A stretch of DNA of 62,880 nucleotides, counting the filler, from Sphacelaria rigidula (taxonomy: Eukaryota), in the NCBI GenBank assembly GCA_964200075.2. It is 9 parts of 9 records of this genome, joined end to end, with 100 filler letters (N's around TTAATTAATTAA, not from the genome) between each part and the next. Parts side by side here need not be neighbours in the genome. Positions count along the whole stretch, not along the records: positions 55,984 to 62,880 come from CAXNAA020017525.1; 8 more parts are not named here. One strand, 5' to 3'. This document shows, one piece after another, positions 62,087 to 62,880 of this stretch (the first letter of the stretch is position 1; every line of letters begins with the position of its first letter). A program made the translations under genes and the position numbers. The notes under the pieces are model-generated. The model searched no databases, was not told the origin of the DNA, and saw nothing but the letters and a program-made list of their open reading frames with translations.

Positions 62087-62880
62087 TATATCAATAAAAT
62101 ATCAATTTTTAATTTGATTGTTGTTTGGGACCAGGTGGGGGGGTTATTGGTTGGGAGTGGTTCGGGTTGGATCATTATTTTTAGGACAAAGGAAATTATA
62201 ATTTATGGAAAAAAAACACACGATCGTAATAGCAATATAGTGTTATAAAAACTATATTAATTAATTAATTGAGGTTGTTTGAGGATGGATGGTTGGGTGG
62301 TTGGTTGGGTTTTATTTTTTGGACAAGGGAAAAACAATATGGTATGGACAATGACTAGGGGATAATTAAAAAAATCATGCGTGTGCCCAAAGTTTTTTCT
62401 TTCATGAGTTGTTGTTGTCTTCACATTAAAAAAACGTTCCGATGCGGACACCTTCTGTAGTCACAGGCTGACTACCCCAAGCTAGGGTAAAAGAAAATAA
62501 TGAAATAAAATCTGACCCAGGAAGAATTCACACAGACGCAATACAAAAGGATATATATATATATGTATAAAATACACAAGAAAATAAGAAAAGAGGAAGG
62601 AAAAAGGACTACTGCCAGCCCTCTAAGTTCCGATGAGTTAGAGGCAATCATCAGTTTTCAGGTCATGATGAGGAAGAAAAAATTATTGTGAGACACAAGG
62701 GCGCACAAAAAAATATTTTTGGACCCACACCCTTTTTTTTACATTTGGGACCGATTAGGGGGTGGGTGGGGGGGGGTGGTATCTTCCGTTTCCATACTAA
62801 ATAACAACTCAAGGACAAGTTACTTGGTTTTAGGCTGGAACCTTGGTCAGTGACTGCTGACCGGGCATATTCCCATCACG

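Noticed and set aside
1..62880. Functional cluster of UBA1, tubulin and the oxidoreductase, and a 7-kb periodicity
   Set aside because: The genes sit on separate contigs joined by artificial linkers; the periodicity reflects size-sorted contigs.

Overview
This window is eukaryotic, repeat-rich nuclear DNA, not a prokaryotic locus. It is nine unrelated contigs of about 6.9 kb each (1-6898, 6999-13896, 13997-20894, 20995-27892, 27993-34890, 34991-41888, 41989-48886, 48987-55883, 55984-62880), joined by artificial 100-bp N/TTAATTAATTAA linkers, so adjacency across linkers has no biological meaning. Short GT-AG exons in TE-filled introns suggest a stramenopile, probably a brown alga (inference only). 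Nearly all ORFs in the supplied track are spurious. Supportable host genes are three exons of ubiquitin-activating enzyme E1 (UBA1), six exons of an FNR/cytochrome-b5-reductase-like FAD/NAD oxidoreductase, an apparently orphan beta-tubulin exon 1, and a few hypothetical exons. The rest is transposon material: a decayed Ty1/copia element, a LINE 3' end with scattered tail copies, two tRNA-derived SINE families, hAT non-autonomous elements (one with a transposase dimerisation remnant and an 8-bp TSD), piggyBac-like, Stowaway-like and Tourist-like MITEs, and several long fold-backs. I found no convincing novel multi-gene system and no CRISPR array. The best leads are the two SINE families with a shared internal motif, the palindrome-array TIR elements, the truncated MREI beta-tubulin exon and the divergent oxidoreductase.
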